Shown here: positions 32,128-42,780 of the stretch, piece by piece
Layout of the letters: every line of letters begins with the position of its first letter
Position numbering within the stretch: the first letter of the stretch is position 1
Assembly: GCA_963838365.1 (NCBI GenBank)
Contig: CAWIQR010000012.1
Location: 119,072-183,071, forward strand
Reading direction: 5' to 3'
DNA length: 64,000 nucleotides
Source: an uncultured Alphaproteobacteria bacterium
GTDB lineage: Bacteria; Pseudomonadota; Alphaproteobacteria; Sphingomonadales; Sphingomonadaceae
Position numbers and translations under genes: made by a program
The notes under the pieces: generated by a model
Told to the model about the DNA's origin: nothing
Seen by the model: the letters and a program-made list of their open reading frames with translations, nothing else
Database searches by the model: none

Positions 32128-32553
32128 TCAGATTTTGAATGGCGCTGCCTCCCCGGCAAGCGAGGCAAACTCGCCGTCTTCCTTGTAACGCCCCGCGTCC
32201 GATGCCTCGTCGGCATCGTATTCGTCCGCGTCGTAATCATTGTCAAACAATCGCTCAGTTGTGCTGCCACCATCATCGCCGGGGGTTTCTCCCGGCGTGA
32301 TTCGGACGTGCAGATACGGCATCCAGACATCTCCGAATTCCGCTTTCTGATACCACACGTCGATGACGTCATAACTCGCCCACATGCCATCCGGCGCGCG
32401 CAGGCGGATGCCCTCGCCGATGCGCGGCACAGCGGCAAAGCGCACGCGGTCCTGCGTCTGGTGGGTCTCGTTCTGGAGTTCGATCTCGATCACGGCGGCG
32501 TCCCTTGGTTCGCCAAAAGGTGTAAGGGACAATACTAAATGATTTATGATCAA
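32128..32553 (-). CDS. Hypothetical protein
   Basis: IEIELQNETHQTQDRVRFAAVPRIGEGIRL...; acidic C-terminus; the start is probably GTG near 32493. Confidence 0.6.
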   Translation of the reverse strand: MIINHLVLSLTPFGEPRDAAVIEIELQNETHQTQDRVRFAAVPRIGEGIRLRAPDGMWASYDVIDVWYQKAEFGDVWMPYLHVRITPGETPGDDGGSTTERLFDNDYDADEYDADEASDAGRYKEDGEFASLAGEAAPFKI

Positions 32554-32628
32554 ACCGGCGGGATTGCGGCAATCGGTTTGCCTGTAATCCCGCCTGCTTT
32601 TGCGAAGCCCGTCTTTGCGGGTCGGACT

Positions 32629-35232
32629 TCAGGCCTTTTGCGCGGCCGCTTTGGTTGCGGCAACCTTCCTGGGAGCGGCCTTTTTCGCAGGCGCTTTCTT
32701 TTTCGCAGTTGCTTTTTTGGGGGCTGCTTTCTTCGGGGCTGCTTTCTTGCGGCCCTTTTTCTTGGGCGGACCCTTGGCCACGCGTTCGTCGATCAGGGTG
32801 ATCGCCTGTTCCGCCAGAATATCCTCCGGCTTGATATCCTTGGGAATGGTCGCATTGGTCGTGCCATCGGTGACATAGGGACCATACCGCCCCGGCATCA
32901 CCTTCATCTCGCCGCCGCTGGTCGGGTGTTCGCCCAGCGTCTTGATCGGCTCTGCCTTGGCGCGGCCTGCGCCCTTGTTGGCGGCGGCTTCGGCCAGTAG
33001 CGTGACCGCCGCGTTCATGCCGGTGTCGAACACATCACGCGTGCTCGTGAGTTTGGCATATTTGCCATCGTGGCGCAGATACGGGCCGTAGCGTCCTATC
33101 GCGGCTTCGATCTCAAGCCCGGATTCGGGATGCGCGCCGATGATACGCGGCAGGCCAAGCAGCTTGACCGCCCATTCCAGATCGAAATCGTCCAGATCCT
33201 TGGGGATGCTGGCGCGCTTCTTCGCCTCGCCTTCGACCATTTCGATATAGGGGCCAAAGCGCCCGGTCTTGCGATGGATTTCTTCGCCGGTTTCCGGGTG
33301 TTCGCCCATCAGCCCATCTTCGCCGCTGTCCTCGCCATCGGCGCCCGGCTGGGCAAAGCGGCGGGTGTATTTGCATTCCGGATAATTCACACAGGCAATG
33401 AACGCGCCGTATTTGCCCCCGCGCAGGGACAGGCGGCCATTGTCGCGCCCTTCCTGTTCGCACATCGGGCAGAAACGGGAATCCTTGCCATCTTCGCGCG
33501 GCGGGAACAGGTAGTCCGAGAGGTATTCGTCCAGCGCCTCTGTCACTTCGCTCGGCAGTTTTTCCATGACCTCTTCGGTCTTGGGTTTGAAATCCTTCCA
33601 GAAATTGGCGAGCAAAACCTTGTAATCCTCGCGCCCGTCAGAGACGACATCGAGTTCGTCCTCCATCCCGGCGGTGAAATCATAGGCGACATAGGTGGGG
33701 AAGAAGCGTTCGAGAAACGCGGTCAGCAACCGGCCCGATTCCTCGGCAAAAAAGCGGTTCTTCTCCATCCGCACATAGTCGCGATCGCGCAGGGTCTGGA
33801 TGGTCGAGGCGTAGGTCGATGGCCGCCCGATGCCCAGTTCTTCCAGCCGTTTGACCAGGCTCGCCTCGGAAAAGCGCGGGGGCGGCTGGGTGAAATGCTG
33901 GTTCGCTTCGACCGTATTCTTGGCGGGCGTGTCACCAGCCTTCAGCGCAGGCAGAAGGCCATCCTCGTCATCCTCGGACTTGTCGTCAAATCCTTCCTGA
34001 TAGACCGCGAAGAAGCCGGGAAACACGACGACCTGCCCCGTGGCGCGCAGTTCATGCTGCCCTGTCGCATCGCGCAAGGTGACGGTGGTGCGTTCCAGAT
34101 GGGCGGTCGACATCTGGCTTGCCATGGCGCGTTTCCAGACCAGCGAATACAACTTTGCCTCATCGCCGCTGCCAGACCTGTCGCGTCCAAAATCGGTCGG
34201 ACGAATGGCCTCGTGCGCTTCCTGCGCATTTTTGGCCTTGGTGCTGTAAAAGCGGGGCTTTTCCGGGCAATAACTCGCTTCGAACCGTTCCGTTATCGCA
34301 TGGCGGCAAGCCGTAATCGCGCTGGGGTCCATCTGCACGCCATCGGTCCGCATGTAAGTGATTGCGCCCGCTTCATACAAGCTCTGCGCGCACCGCATCG
34401 TGTGGCTGGCGGAAAAGCCCAGCTTGCGCGCGGCCTCCTGTTGCAGCGTGGAGGTGGTGAACGGCGGCGATGGATTGCGCTTTAGCGGTTTTTTCTCGAC
34501 ATCCTCGACAGTAAAGCGTCCGGCCTCGACAGCGGCCTTTGCCTCCATCGCGATGCCCTGTTCGCCCAAGGTGAGCTTTTCGAGCTTCTCGCCCTTGTAG
34601 CGCACCAGCCGCGCATCGAATTGAGTCGAATCGTATTCCAGCTTTGCCAGAACGGACCAGTATTCATCGGGACGGAACGCCTCGATCTCGCGCTCGCGCT
34701 CCACGATCAGGCGCAGCGCCACCGATTGCACGCGGCCCGCCGATTTCGCGCCGGGCAGCTTGCGCCACAGCACCGGGGACAGGGTAAAACCGAACAGGTA
34801 ATCGAGCGCGCGGCGGCCCAGATAGGCGTCGATCAGCGGCTGATCCAGCTCGCGCGGGCGGGTCATCGCCTCGGTCACGGCGGCCTTGGTGATGGAGTTG
34901 AAGGTGACGCGGTCCACCTTTGTCGGCAGGCTTTTGCGCTTTTTCAGCAATTCGCGAACGTGCCAGCTGATCGCCTCGCCTTCGCGATCAGGGTCAGTTG
35001 CGAGCACGAGGCGCGAGGCGTTCTTGGCCGCGTCGGCGATTTCCTTGAACCGGCTCTGCTTGTCCCGGTACAATTCCCAGTCCATCGCGAAGTCTTCATC
35101 GGGCCGCACGCTGCCATCCTTGGGTGGCAGATCGCGGACGTGGCCGTAACTGGCCAGAACCTTGAAGTCCTTGCCCAGATATTTTTCGATGGTCTTCGCC
35201 TTGGCCGGCGATTCAACGATTACAAGTTGCAT
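32629..35232 (-). CDS. topA: DNA topoisomerase I
   Basis: VESPAKAKTI, ATDPDREGE, SAGRVQS, LYEAGAITYMRTD, AHEAIRPT, and a Lys/Ala-rich tail. Confidence 0.97.
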   Translation of the reverse strand: MQLVIVESPAKAKTIEKYLGKDFKVLASYGHVRDLPPKDGSVRPDEDFAMDWELYRDKQSRFKEIADAAKNASRLVLATDPDREGEAISWHVRELLKKRKSLPTKVDRVTFNSITKAAVTEAMTRPRELDQPLIDAYLGRRALDYLFGFTLSPVLWRKLPGAKSAGRVQSVALRLIVEREREIEAFRPDEYWSVLAKLEYDSTQFDARLVRYKGEKLEKLTLGEQGIAMEAKAAVEAGRFTVEDVEKKPLKRNPSPPFTTSTLQQEAARKLGFSASHTMRCAQSLYEAGAITYMRTDGVQMDPSAITACRHAITERFEASYCPEKPRFYSTKAKNAQEAHEAIRPTDFGRDRSGSGDEAKLYSLVWKRAMASQMSTAHLERTTVTLRDATGQHELRATGQVVVFPGFFAVYQEGFDDKSEDDEDGLLPALKAGDTPAKNTVEANQHFTQPPPRFSEASLVKRLEELGIGRPSTYASTIQTLRDRDYVRMEKNRFFAEESGRLLTAFLERFFPTYVAYDFTAGMEDELDVVSDGREDYKVLLANFWKDFKPKTEEVMEKLPSEVTEALDEYLSDYLFPPREDGKDSRFCPMCEQEGRDNGRLSLRGGKYGAFIACVNYPECKYTRRFAQPGADGEDSGEDGLMGEHPETGEEIHRKTGRFGPYIEMVEGEAKKRASIPKDLDDFDLEWAVKLLGLPRIIGAHPESGLEIEAAIGRYGPYLRHDGKYAKLTSTRDVFDTGMNAAVTLLAEAAANKGAGRAKAEPIKTLGEHPTSGGEMKVMPGRYGPYVTDGTTNATIPKDIKPEDILAEQAITLIDERVAKGPPKKKGRKKAAPKKAAPKKATAKKKAPAKKAAPRKVAATKAAAQKA

Positions 35233-36947
35233 GAGAGCGGTATCGGATCCTTACACGTGTACGTACGCGCGAGAGTGGGGGGAGGTTCGCTGCGGCGTCA
35301 AGGCCCGCTACAGACAAACTGTCCGTTCGAAAAGCCCGTTTATGCCGGTCGTCCAGGTTTGTTCGCTGCTGACCAAAGTCCGCAGGCAGAATACAGCGGC
35401 CCGCATCGTATTTGCCGACACTGCGGATGATCTCGCTCTTGTCCGGTTCGATCCGTCGACCCGACAGCTGGCTGTCGATCACGCGGCGCAGCAAATGGTC
35501 GAGCCGGGTGACCAGATAACAGTCGATTGCAGGCGGTGCCTTGGGATTTCCGATGCCGCTGTCTTCGGTCAGAAAGGTGTAACGCGACTGGGTTACCGCC
35601 GCCATCGCGCGCATCACGTATTCGGCGTTGTCCGCGACGCCCGATGCGCCCACGGGCACAATATGGACACGGGCATTGCGCAGGTGCTCTGCCGCGCGCC
35701 ACGTCATCGGAATGTCGCCATCGTGCGGCGGGGCATCGGCCACCAGCAGCAGTGTCTTGACCGCATCATCGCGCCAATCCAACCCGGCGGCGCGGATCAG
35801 CGCATCCTGCATCGCCTCCTCATAATCGCCGCCGCCATCGGCTTGTTGAGCGGCAATGTGCGCGCGCGCCTTCGCAATATCCCCGTCCATTGCATAGGTT
35901 CGGGTGACAAAGGCATCGCCCTCATCGCGGTAAAAGGTGAACCCGACCCTGATATCGAGTTCGCTATGCCGCTGTTTCAGATCGCTGACGATGGTGGCGA
36001 GTTCTGCTTGCAGGAATTGCAGTTCATCCGACATCGATCCCGTCACGTCGACCACCAGTGCAAGATCGAGCTTTGCCACCTGAGGTGCAGGTTTGCGGGA
36101 TATTATCTTGACTGTCTGCGACCCCGGATCGGAGGACAGCGTGACCATGCGCCAATCACTGCCGCCCGCGCGCACCCAAACCTGTTGGCTCAAGGTGTCG
36201 TGTTCGGGAAAGAACACCACGCTGCCATCGGCAACCGTGTTCAGTTTGAGCGAGTTGCCATCGGAACAGCGCAGCTCAACCTCGGCAAAGGGCACAGCGC
36301 GGCCCTTCCCATCGCGCAGTTCGACAGTCAGCATCCGGCCGGTGTCGACCTTTGGCAGATCGCGCACGGTCTGGCCGACGCCGCTGTTGCGCACATAATC
36401 GGCATAGAGTTCGGGAGTTGAGCAGATCGTCATGCTCGCCCGCTGTCAGCAGGCCCGATTGCGGTTGAGGCTGAGGGCGCGGCGGCGGTCTGCGACCGGG
36501 CGGCGGTATCGGCACCGGACGGGATGTGTCCGATGGGGCGGACGCCGCCTCTTCAGAGCCGATAACGGCCACGGGGCTGGCGCTTTCCATGTCCATGGTC
36601 GTCACACGGCTGCCGGTGACGGTGATTGCAGCCGATGAACTGTCATCCAAGGCGCGCGGCGCAGCGATCGGCGGGGGTGGCGGCGGAGGCGGTGCCATTT
36701 CAGGAACCGGGCGAGCTGGCTCGGCGAGATAGGTGTCTTGGTTCGGCTGTTGCTCGGCAGCCTCTGGCCCCAGATCGGGCAGCGGCGCGGGCAGGCGGCA
36801 ATATCCTTCGCCGCGGCTGGGCGCAGGAACGGTGCTTTCACCCGACTGCTGCGCGAAACTGGCGCTGGAAACGCTCGGCAAGATGAGTGCCGCCGAACAC
36901 GCGATTGCGATAGACCTGCGCATATTGAACCCCCCAAACAACCACAT
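35213..36947 (-). CDS. Exported von Willebrand factor A domain protein; apparent +1 indel at about 36416; 3' end uncertain
   Basis: Signal peptide and Pro-rich N-terminus in 36276..36947; AGEHDDLLN joins PELYADYV after removing one base; MIDAS motif DVTGSMSDE, GGGDYEE and LLLVADAPPH. Confidence 0.8.
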
Positions 36948-37013
36948 GAAGGCTCAGAAGTAATCAGCGCAACATGAACAATGAATGAGGGGCCGGCAGG
37001 CGTCGCTTCCGCT

Positions 37014-38144
37014 TCACAGCCCCTGACCGGAAAGACTGACCGCGCCGCCTGCGTGACGCTCCAGTTCGCCCGACAGTTCCAGTTCCAGCAGCGCCATGTG
37101 CACCGCCGCCGCGCTGGTGCCGGACTGGCGGATCAATTCATCCACCGCGACCGGAGCCTTGGTCAGCAGGCGAGCGATATCGTTGGCCGGATCGCCCCCC
37201 TTCCCCTCGCCCCATTCCAGCTTGCTGAGTTCGGCATAGTCGAACGGAGCGCCCGACTCTTCCACCCGAAAGGTTGAACGCGGTGCGCCGGTGAACCCTT
37301 CGAGCAGTTCGATCACCTCCTCAACCGATTGCACCAGCACCGCACCATCGCGGATCAATTGGTTGCACCCCAGGCTGCGCGTATCAAGCGGCGAGCCGGG
37401 GATCGCCATAACTTCGCGCCCGGCCTCGCCCGCCAGCCGCGCGGTGATGAGCGTGCCGGATTTGGGCGCGGCCTCCACCACCAGTGTCCCGCTGGCGAGG
37501 CCTGCAATGATGCGGTTGCGGCTGGGAAAATGACGCCCGCGCGGCTCGGTGCCCGGCGGCTGTTCGGCGATCAGCAGGCCGTCTGTCGCGATGCGTTCCT
37601 GCAAGTCTGCGTGCTGCGGGGGGTAGGCGATGTCGATCCCGCTGGCGATGACGCCAATGGTGTGCGGAAACGCGCCTTCGTGCGCCGCCCCGTCAATCCC
37701 GCGAGCAAGGCCCGATACGACCGTGAATCCCGCTTCGACAAAGCCGCTGGCGAAATCGCGCGCCAGCTTCACCGCCGCTGCCGAGGCGTTGCGCGCACCC
37801 ACCATCGCGACGCATGGGCGCGATGCAAGCGCCAGATTGCCGCGACAGGTGATGATCGGCGGCGCGCTGTCCAGTTCCGCCAGCAGCGCGGGGTAATCGG
37901 GCTGATCGTGGAACAGATACCGCGCACGCGCCGCCCGCACGCCCTCAATCTCGCGCTCGATCCGGTCGGTTGGAGCGGGTCGATAGGGCGTCTTTCCCCG
38001 GCTGCCGAGATCGGGGAGCGCCGCAATCGCCGCTTCCGCCGAACCAAAACGCGCAAGCAACGCGCGATAGCTGACCGGTCCGATATTGGGCGAACGCAGC
38101 AACCGGATGCGGGCAAATGCCTCTGCCTGGGTCAGACCTGCCAT
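37014..38144 (-). CDS. dprA: DNA-processing protein DprA
   Basis: AMVGARNAS, VVSGLARGIDGAAH, FPSRNRIIAG, VEAAPKSGTLITA and GCNQLIRDGA. Confidence 0.95.
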   Translation of the reverse strand: MAGLTQAEAFARIRLLRSPNIGPVSYRALLARFGSAEAAIAALPDLGSRGKTPYRPAPTDRIEREIEGVRAARARYLFHDQPDYPALLAELDSAPPIITCRGNLALASRPCVAMVGARNASAAAVKLARDFASGFVEAGFTVVSGLARGIDGAAHEGAFPHTIGVIASGIDIAYPPQHADLQERIATDGLLIAEQPPGTEPRGRHFPSRNRIIAGLASGTLVVEAAPKSGTLITARLAGEAGREVMAIPGSPLDTRSLGCNQLIRDGAVLVQSVEEVIELLEGFTGAPRSTFRVEESGAPFDYAELSKLEWGEGKGGDPANDIARLLTKAPVAVDELIRQSGTSAAAVHMALLELELSGELERHAGGAVSLSGQGL

Positions 38145-38220
38145 CAGCGCGTCCCCGCGAAGGCGGGGATCTCCATCAGCATCGCGCCGGACTGACCAGG
38201 GCTACCGCCTGCGCAGGAAA

Positions 38221-38805
38221 TCACTGCTTCTTGCTCCCAATCCGCGGTTCCTCACCGCGCAGAAGCCGCCCGATATTGGCGCGATGCTGGATCAGCACTA
38301 TCGCCGCAATCGCGACGAGCGCGGCGATGACTGCCGGATATCCAAGCGCCCAGGCGACAAGCGGCGCAGCCACAACCGTCACCATCGAAGACACCGAGGA
38401 AATGCGGCTGATCGCCAGCGTCGCCGCCCAGATTGCCGCGCAAATCAACATCACCGGCCATGCCAGCGCCAGCAGCACTCCGGCGGCGGTGGCAAATCCC
38501 TTGCCTCCTTTAAACCGCAGCCACGGGGTGAAACAATGCCCGGCGACCGCAGCAACAGCCGCAATTCCTTCGGTCCCCGGCCACACGTTTGCGGCGATCA
38601 GCACCGGCACCGCGCCTTTGGCGGCATCGAGCAGCACGGTCGCCGCCGCCAAACCCTTGTTACCGGTACGCAGCACATTTGTCGCGCCGATGCTGCCACT
38701 GCCGATGGAGCGCACATCGCCCAACCCCGCCGCACGCGTCAGGATCAGCCCGAACGGAACCGAACCGGCAAGAAAGCCCAGCATTGCTGCAAATATCGGT
38801 TCCAA
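38221..38805 (-). CDS. plsY: Glycerol-3-phosphate acyltransferase PlsY
   Basis: GSVPFG, GSGSIGATNVLR, LDAAKG, GHCF, FKGGKGFAT and HRANIGRL. TTG start. Confidence 0.95.
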   Translation of the reverse strand: MEPIFAAMLGFLAGSVPFGLILTRAAGLGDVRSIGSGSIGATNVLRTGNKGLAAATVLLDAAKGAVPVLIAANVWPGTEGIAAVAAVAGHCFTPWLRFKGGKGFATAAGVLLALAWPVMLICAAIWAATLAISRISSVSSMVTVVAAPLVAWALGYPAVIAALVAIAAIVLIQHRANIGRLLRGEEPRIGSKKQ

Positions 38806-38813
38806 ATTGCGCT

Positions 38814-38906
38814 CCGTCCGCCCTGAGCTTGTCCACGGGCTGTATTTCTTTAAGAGGCCAACGAGCTAGAAGAAGTGCAGTGCTTCGACAAGCTCAGCAC
38901 GAACGG
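38814..38906. repeat. Palindromic REP-like element (family B) filling the plsY/murI divergent gap
   Basis: CCGTCCGCCCTGAGCTTGTCCACGGGC ... GTGCTTCGACAAGCTCAGCACGAACGG; shares the inner AGAAGTGCAG with the copy at 16045. Confidence 0.85.
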
Positions 38907-38908
38907 GT

Positions 38909-39730
38909 TTGACCAAATTGGACGCATCATCCCCCATCCTGATCTTCGACTCCGGCGTGGGCGGATTGACCGTTTACGATGCGCTGCGCCGTGTGCTGCC
39001 CGATGCGCCGGTGATCTATGCCGCCGATTTTGCCGGGCTGCCCTATGGCACCAAGAACGAGGCGGAGATTGCCGCGCGCGTGGCCGGATTGCTGGGCCGG
39101 ATGAGCGAGCGGTTCCAGCCGCGCCTCGCCTGCATCGCCTGCAACACCGCCTCCACCATTGCGCTCGGCATGGTGCGCGAAGTCCTCGAAATTCCGATTG
39201 TCGGCACTGTGCCTGCGATCAAGCCTGCGGCGCTCGCCAGCAAAACCGGGGTGATCGGGCTGCTGGGCACGCAGGCGACCATTCGCCAGCGCTACGTCGA
39301 TGATCTGGAGCGCGATTTTGCCAATGGCAAGACGCTGCTGCGCCACGCAGCCCCTGATCTGGTGGATGAAGCCGAGCGCAAACTGCGCGGCGGCACAGTG
39401 GATCGGCGCGTACTGAGGGCCGCCCTTGCCGGTTTGTTCGCGCAGGAGCAGGGAGCGCGGATGGACCATATCGTGCTGGGCTGCACGCACTTCCCATTGC
39501 TGCGCGAGGAACTGATGGATGTCGCCGTGGGTGACTTCGACCTGTCGCCCGACTTGCGCCTCGCCGATGGCAGCGAGGGGATTGCGCGGCGCATCGTGTC
39601 TTTGCTCGAAGGGCAAGATTTCAGTACACCATCGCCCAATCGCTTCATCGTTACCGGACCGTTGGAGCGCGCCGCAGGGCTTGAAACCGCGCTCGCCGCG
39701 CGCGATTTTGGCCCGGTCGAAGCGTTTTAG
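38909..39730 (+). CDS. murI: Glutamate racemase
   Basis: FDSGVGGLTV, PYGTK, IACNTAS and VLGCTHFP. Confidence 0.95.
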   Translation: MTKLDASSPILIFDSGVGGLTVYDALRRVLPDAPVIYAADFAGLPYGTKNEAEIAARVAGLLGRMSERFQPRLACIACNTASTIALGMVREVLEIPIVGTVPAIKPAALASKTGVIGLLGTQATIRQRYVDDLERDFANGKTLLRHAAPDLVDEAERKLRGGTVDRRVLRAALAGLFAQEQGARMDHIVLGCTHFPLLREELMDVAVGDFDLSPDLRLADGSEGIARRIVSLLEGQDFSTPSPNRFIVTGPLERAAGLETALAARDFGPVEAF

Positions 39731-39894
39731 ACCAAACCTGCAAATCACTCGCAAAGATCGCAGTGGCAAAACCGATCACGCTGACCTAATTATCGCATGA
39801 AACTATCCGGGGCCAAGCGGTTACAGGATTGGTATTTCATCCCTGTATGGCCGCGCGCACCGCCGCGTGGCCGCCCGCAGCAAGAGCGTGAGAC

Positions 39895-41115
39895 GTGAAT
39901 TACGATCAGATCTTCGACCAGGCGATTGACCGTCTCCACGAGGAAGGCCGTTATCGCGTCTTCATCGATATCATGCGCAACAAGGGTGCCTATCCCAATG
40001 CGCGCTGTTTCCACGGTCATAACGGGCCAAAGCCGATTACGGTGTGGTGCTCCAACGATTACCTCGCGATGGGCCAGCACGAAAAAGTCATCACCGCGAT
40101 GGAAACGGCACTGCACGATGTCGGCGCAGGATCGGGCGGCACGCGAAATATCGGCGGCAACACGCATTTCCATGTCGAGCTGGAACGCGAACTGGCGGAC
40201 CTGCACGGCAAGGAAGGCGCGCTGCTGTTCACCAGCGGATATGTCTCCAACGATGCGACGCTGTCCACGCTGGCGAAACTGCTGCCGGGATGCGTTATCT
40301 TTTCCGACGCCCTGAACCACGCCAGCATGATCGCCGGTATCCGCAATTCCGGCTGTGAGAAGCGCGTGTTCCGCCACAACGATGTGGCGCATCTCGAACA
40401 ATTGCTCGCCGCCGAAGACCCCAAGGTGCCCAAGCTGATTGCGTTTGAGAGCGTCTATTCGATGGAGGGCGATGTCGCGCCCGTGCACGCGATCTGCGAC
40501 CTTGCCGAGAAATACAACGCCCTGACCTATATCGACGAGGTCCACGCGGTCGGCATGTACGGCGCGCGCGGCGGTGGCATATCGGAGCGCGACCACGCGG
40601 CTGACCGGATCGACATCATCGAGGGCACTCTGGGCAAGGCGTTCGGCGTGATGGGCGGCTATATTGCTGCCGATACCCGCGTGATCGACTGCATCCGGTC
40701 CTATGCGCCCGGCTTCATCTTCACCACCTCGCTCAGCCCCGTGCTGGTCGCGGGCGTGCTGGCATCGGTAAAGCACCTCAAATCATCGAGTGTTGAACGC
40801 AACGCACAGCACCGCGCCGCCGCCATGCTGAAACTGAAGTTTGCCGAGGCCGGCCTGCCGGTGATGGACAGCGTAACCCACATCGTGCCCCTGATGGTCG
40901 GCGATCCGGTGCATGCCAAGAAGATCAGCGATATCCTGCTGGCCGAATACGGCGTCTACGTTCAGCCGATCAACTTTCCCACCGTGCCACGCGGCACAGA
41001 GCGCCTGCGCTTCACCCCCGGCCCGCACCACTCGGAACCAATGATGGACGAGTTGACAGAGGCGCTGGTGGAAATCTGGGACCGGCTGGAGATGGGGCTG
41101 GCAGAGGCGGCATGA
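39895..41115 (+). CDS. hemA: 5-aminolevulinate synthase
   Basis: [34 protein letters not shown] and GTLGKAFG (PLP lysine). Confidence 0.96.
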   Translation: MNYDQIFDQAIDRLHEEGRYRVFIDIMRNKGAYPNARCFHGHNGPKPITVWCSNDYLAMGQHEKVITAMETALHDVGAGSGGTRNIGGNTHFHVELERELADLHGKEGALLFTSGYVSNDATLSTLAKLLPGCVIFSDALNHASMIAGIRNSGCEKRVFRHNDVAHLEQLLAAEDPKVPKLIAFESVYSMEGDVAPVHAICDLAEKYNALTYIDEVHAVGMYGARGGGISERDHAADRIDIIEGTLGKAFGVMGGYIAADTRVIDCIRSYAPGFIFTTSLSPVLVAGVLASVKHLKSSSVERNAQHRAAAMLKLKFAEAGLPVMDSVTHIVPLMVGDPVHAKKISDILLAEYGVYVQPINFPTVPRGTERLRFTPGPHHSEPMMDELTEALVEIWDRLEMGLAEAA

Positions 41116-41183
41116 GCGGGAGCGGGTTGAACTGCGGCTGATGTCCGGGCACAGGCCTCTCAAATCAGTATAAGAGGTCACCC

Positions 41184-41885
41184 ATGGACAGCGGAACACC
41201 CACCCCTTCAATGTCATTCGATGAGGTCGTCCTCGGGCGGCGTTCCATTCGCGGGTACCTCGACAAGCAGGTTCCGCGCGCGCTGATTGAGGAGGTGCTG
41301 ACGCTCGCCATGCGTTCGCCCACGAGCATGAACACGCAGCCGTGGCACTTTCACATCATCACCGGAGAGCCGCTTGACCGCATTCGCCGCGGCAACACAG
41401 AACGCATTCTGGCGGGCGAACCTGACAGTCGCGAATTTCGCCGCGGAGAGCCCTTTGCAGGCGTCCACCGCGAACGCCAGATCGGCGTCGCAAAACAGCT
41501 TTTCAGCGCCATGGGGATCGAACGCGATGACAAGGACGCGCGGCAAGATTGGGTCTTGCGCGGGTTCCGCCAGTTCGATGCGCCGGTGTGCGTCATTATC
41601 GCCTATGATCGCGATTTATCGGGCAGTGACGACACCGCCTTCGATTGCGGCGCGGTGACAACGGCGCTGGTCAACGCCGCTTGGTCGCGCGGGCTTGGCT
41701 GTGTCATCAATTCGCAAGGCATCATGCAAAGCCCCGTGGTGCGCGAACACGCAGGAATACCCGACGATCAGGTCATCATGAAAGCCGTCGCGCTGGGGTG
41801 GCCCGATCCGGACTTCCCGGCGAACGCGGTGGTAAGCGAGCGCAAGAGCGTGGACGATGCAGCGCGGTTTGTGGGGTTCGATTGA
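41184..41885 (+). CDS. Nitroreductase family protein
   Basis: RRSIRGY, RSPTSMNTQPWHF and ALGWPD. Confidence 0.88.
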   Translation: MDSGTPTPSMSFDEVVLGRRSIRGYLDKQVPRALIEEVLTLAMRSPTSMNTQPWHFHIITGEPLDRIRRGNTERILAGEPDSREFRRGEPFAGVHRERQIGVAKQLFSAMGIERDDKDARQDWVLRGFRQFDAPVCVIIAYDRDLSGSDDTAFDCGAVTTALVNAAWSRGLGCVINSQGIMQSPVVREHAGIPDDQVIMKAVALGWPDPDFPANAVVSERKSVDDAARFVGFD

Positions 41886-41994
41886 TCCTGAGTATGGACG
41901 TGATGGCGCTGTGCCCAAGTTTGTCGTCCAGACAGCAATGACTGACTGACTGACGAAGTGGGGAACGTCTTCCCCGATGCGCCATTGATAACCT

Positions 41995-42729
41995 ATGGAC
42001 ATTCAAAGCGAACAAGCATCATTTCGGCAGGCCAAACCCTCGCGTCTCGGGCGCGGGATCGAGCGACTGACCCACCCATTTGGCAAGGCGTTGGCAGGCA
42101 TCGTCCCTGATAGCTTGGTCGAAGGGGTGTTGAAAGGCCTGGACAAGGCGGTTGGCCTTCCGCCGCGTGGCGATTTCAAACACGACACCGATGATCTGCA
42201 GGCTGCAAATCAGGCTGCGAAGAATGTTGCCAAAGCTGCAAGCGGTATAAGCGCTTCGACCGGGATGGCAGCGGGGCTTGGCGGCGCCGTTTCCATGAGC
42301 GCGGATATTCCGGCGACCATTGCCATTGCCTTGCGCACAATTCGCGATACCGGCCGCGCCTATGGTTTTGCCGGGGATGGACCAGCGGAAAAGCTATTCC
42401 GGCTGCAAATTCTGGAATTGGCCGCGCTTGATAATGCCGATGAACGCACTTTGCGTATTGCGGAACTTGAGAACGGCATCGGAACCGAGGGCCAACTCAC
42501 CGACGCCAGTCACGATACCATCACCCCGATCGTGGATCAGGTGGTTGAGCGAATTTCTCGTGCAATCGCCTTTGCCAGCTTTCGGAGCCGCGCCGGTATG
42601 ATTGTGCCAGTCATCGGTTCGGTAGTGGGCGGTATCGTTAATGCGTCATTTCAAGGCGACGTTGGCAAGGCTGCACGTTTCGCTTTCCAAGCGCGCAAAC
42701 TCAAAACGTTGGATAGACCACCCTCGTAA
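41995..42729 (+). CDS. EcsC family protein
   Basis: GLGGAVSMSADIPATIAIALRTI, GRAYGF and PVIGSVVGGIVN. Confidence 0.75.
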   Translation: MDIQSEQASFRQAKPSRLGRGIERLTHPFGKALAGIVPDSLVEGVLKGLDKAVGLPPRGDFKHDTDDLQAANQAAKNVAKAASGISASTGMAAGLGGAVSMSADIPATIAIALRTIRDTGRAYGFAGDGPAEKLFRLQILELAALDNADERTLRIAELENGIGTEGQLTDASHDTITPIVDQVVERISRAIAFASFRSRAGMIVPVIGSVVGGIVNASFQGDVGKAARFAFQARKLKTLDRPPS

Positions 42730-42780
42730 CGTTTTTGGGAGAGATCATTTTTCTCCTCACCACGAGATTGTTTCAGGCGA

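Noticed and set aside
32629-32780. KKAAPKK-type repeats at the TopA C-terminus
   Set aside because: Basic low-complexity tails are a known feature of many TopA proteins.
41940-41990. ACTG microrepeat and a GGAAC-N16-CATT ECF-sigma-like promoter before the EcsC gene
   Set aside because: The repeat is only about 14 bp and the -10 element deviates from CGTT; too weak without TSS data.
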